Of a DNA stretch of 64,000 nt, positions 63,705-64,000 are shown one piece after another (within the stretch, counting starts at the first letter, position 1; every line of letters begins with the position of its first letter). This DNA is from Lingula anatina (Eukaryota; Animalia; Brachiopoda). The stretch is taken from the NCBI GenBank assembly GCA_051362555.1, contig CM120642.1, forward strand, positions 32,488,001 to 32,552,000. The letters run 5' to 3'. The translations under genes were made by a program, and so were the position numbers. Below the pieces are notes generated by a model. That model did not search any database. It was not told the origin of the DNA and saw nothing but the letters and a program-made list of their open reading frames with translations.

Positions 63705-64000
63705 AGGTCAATACTCCGTACTATTTTTAGACTTAAGCAAGAAAATGGCCATGGGAAATATGAAATAGAAATAGAAATTAAATAAATAAAAAAATAAAAT
63801 AATCATTTATTTCAACAAATTCATTTTAAAAATTAAATAATGTTGAAGAAATAGACCTGCTTGTGAAGTTGTACAGCATTTAAGCTGGATTGGTGAAATA
63901 ATTGATCAAAACGTGGGTCTGTGAACACTACTCACCTATATTGCCTTTGTTAATTTGCATACTATATAAAGGTGAGGGGGAGGGTAGTTAAATGTCCTCA

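Overview
AT-rich, intron-containing invertebrate-type animal DNA. All calls are by eye, with no database search. (1) 1-19054, + strand: the 3' part of a multi-exon inositol polyphosphate 4-phosphatase gene (PH - C2 - CKSAKDR catalytic domain). It has an apparent alternative myristoylated first exon and a pair of mutually exclusive exons. (2) About 24470-44470: a decayed internal fragment of TAF1 on the + strand. Nested antisense within it is a roughly 9 kb tandem duplication, each unit carrying an NLR-like gene: DZIP3-type HEPN domain with an intact RxxxxH motif, NB-ARC-like STAND NTPase, and a 42-aa TPR array. The two copies are nearly identical in HEPN and NTPase but differ in TPR number (13 vs 16) and at hypervariable repeat positions. 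This is the most interesting system in the window. (3) 45412-53662, + strand: two tandem short MGAT4/GT54-like glycosyltransferase genes, the first frameshifted near its end. (4) Scattered MITE families, LINE remnants and microsatellites, plus an E-box/CTCF/NRF1 motif cluster near the window end.
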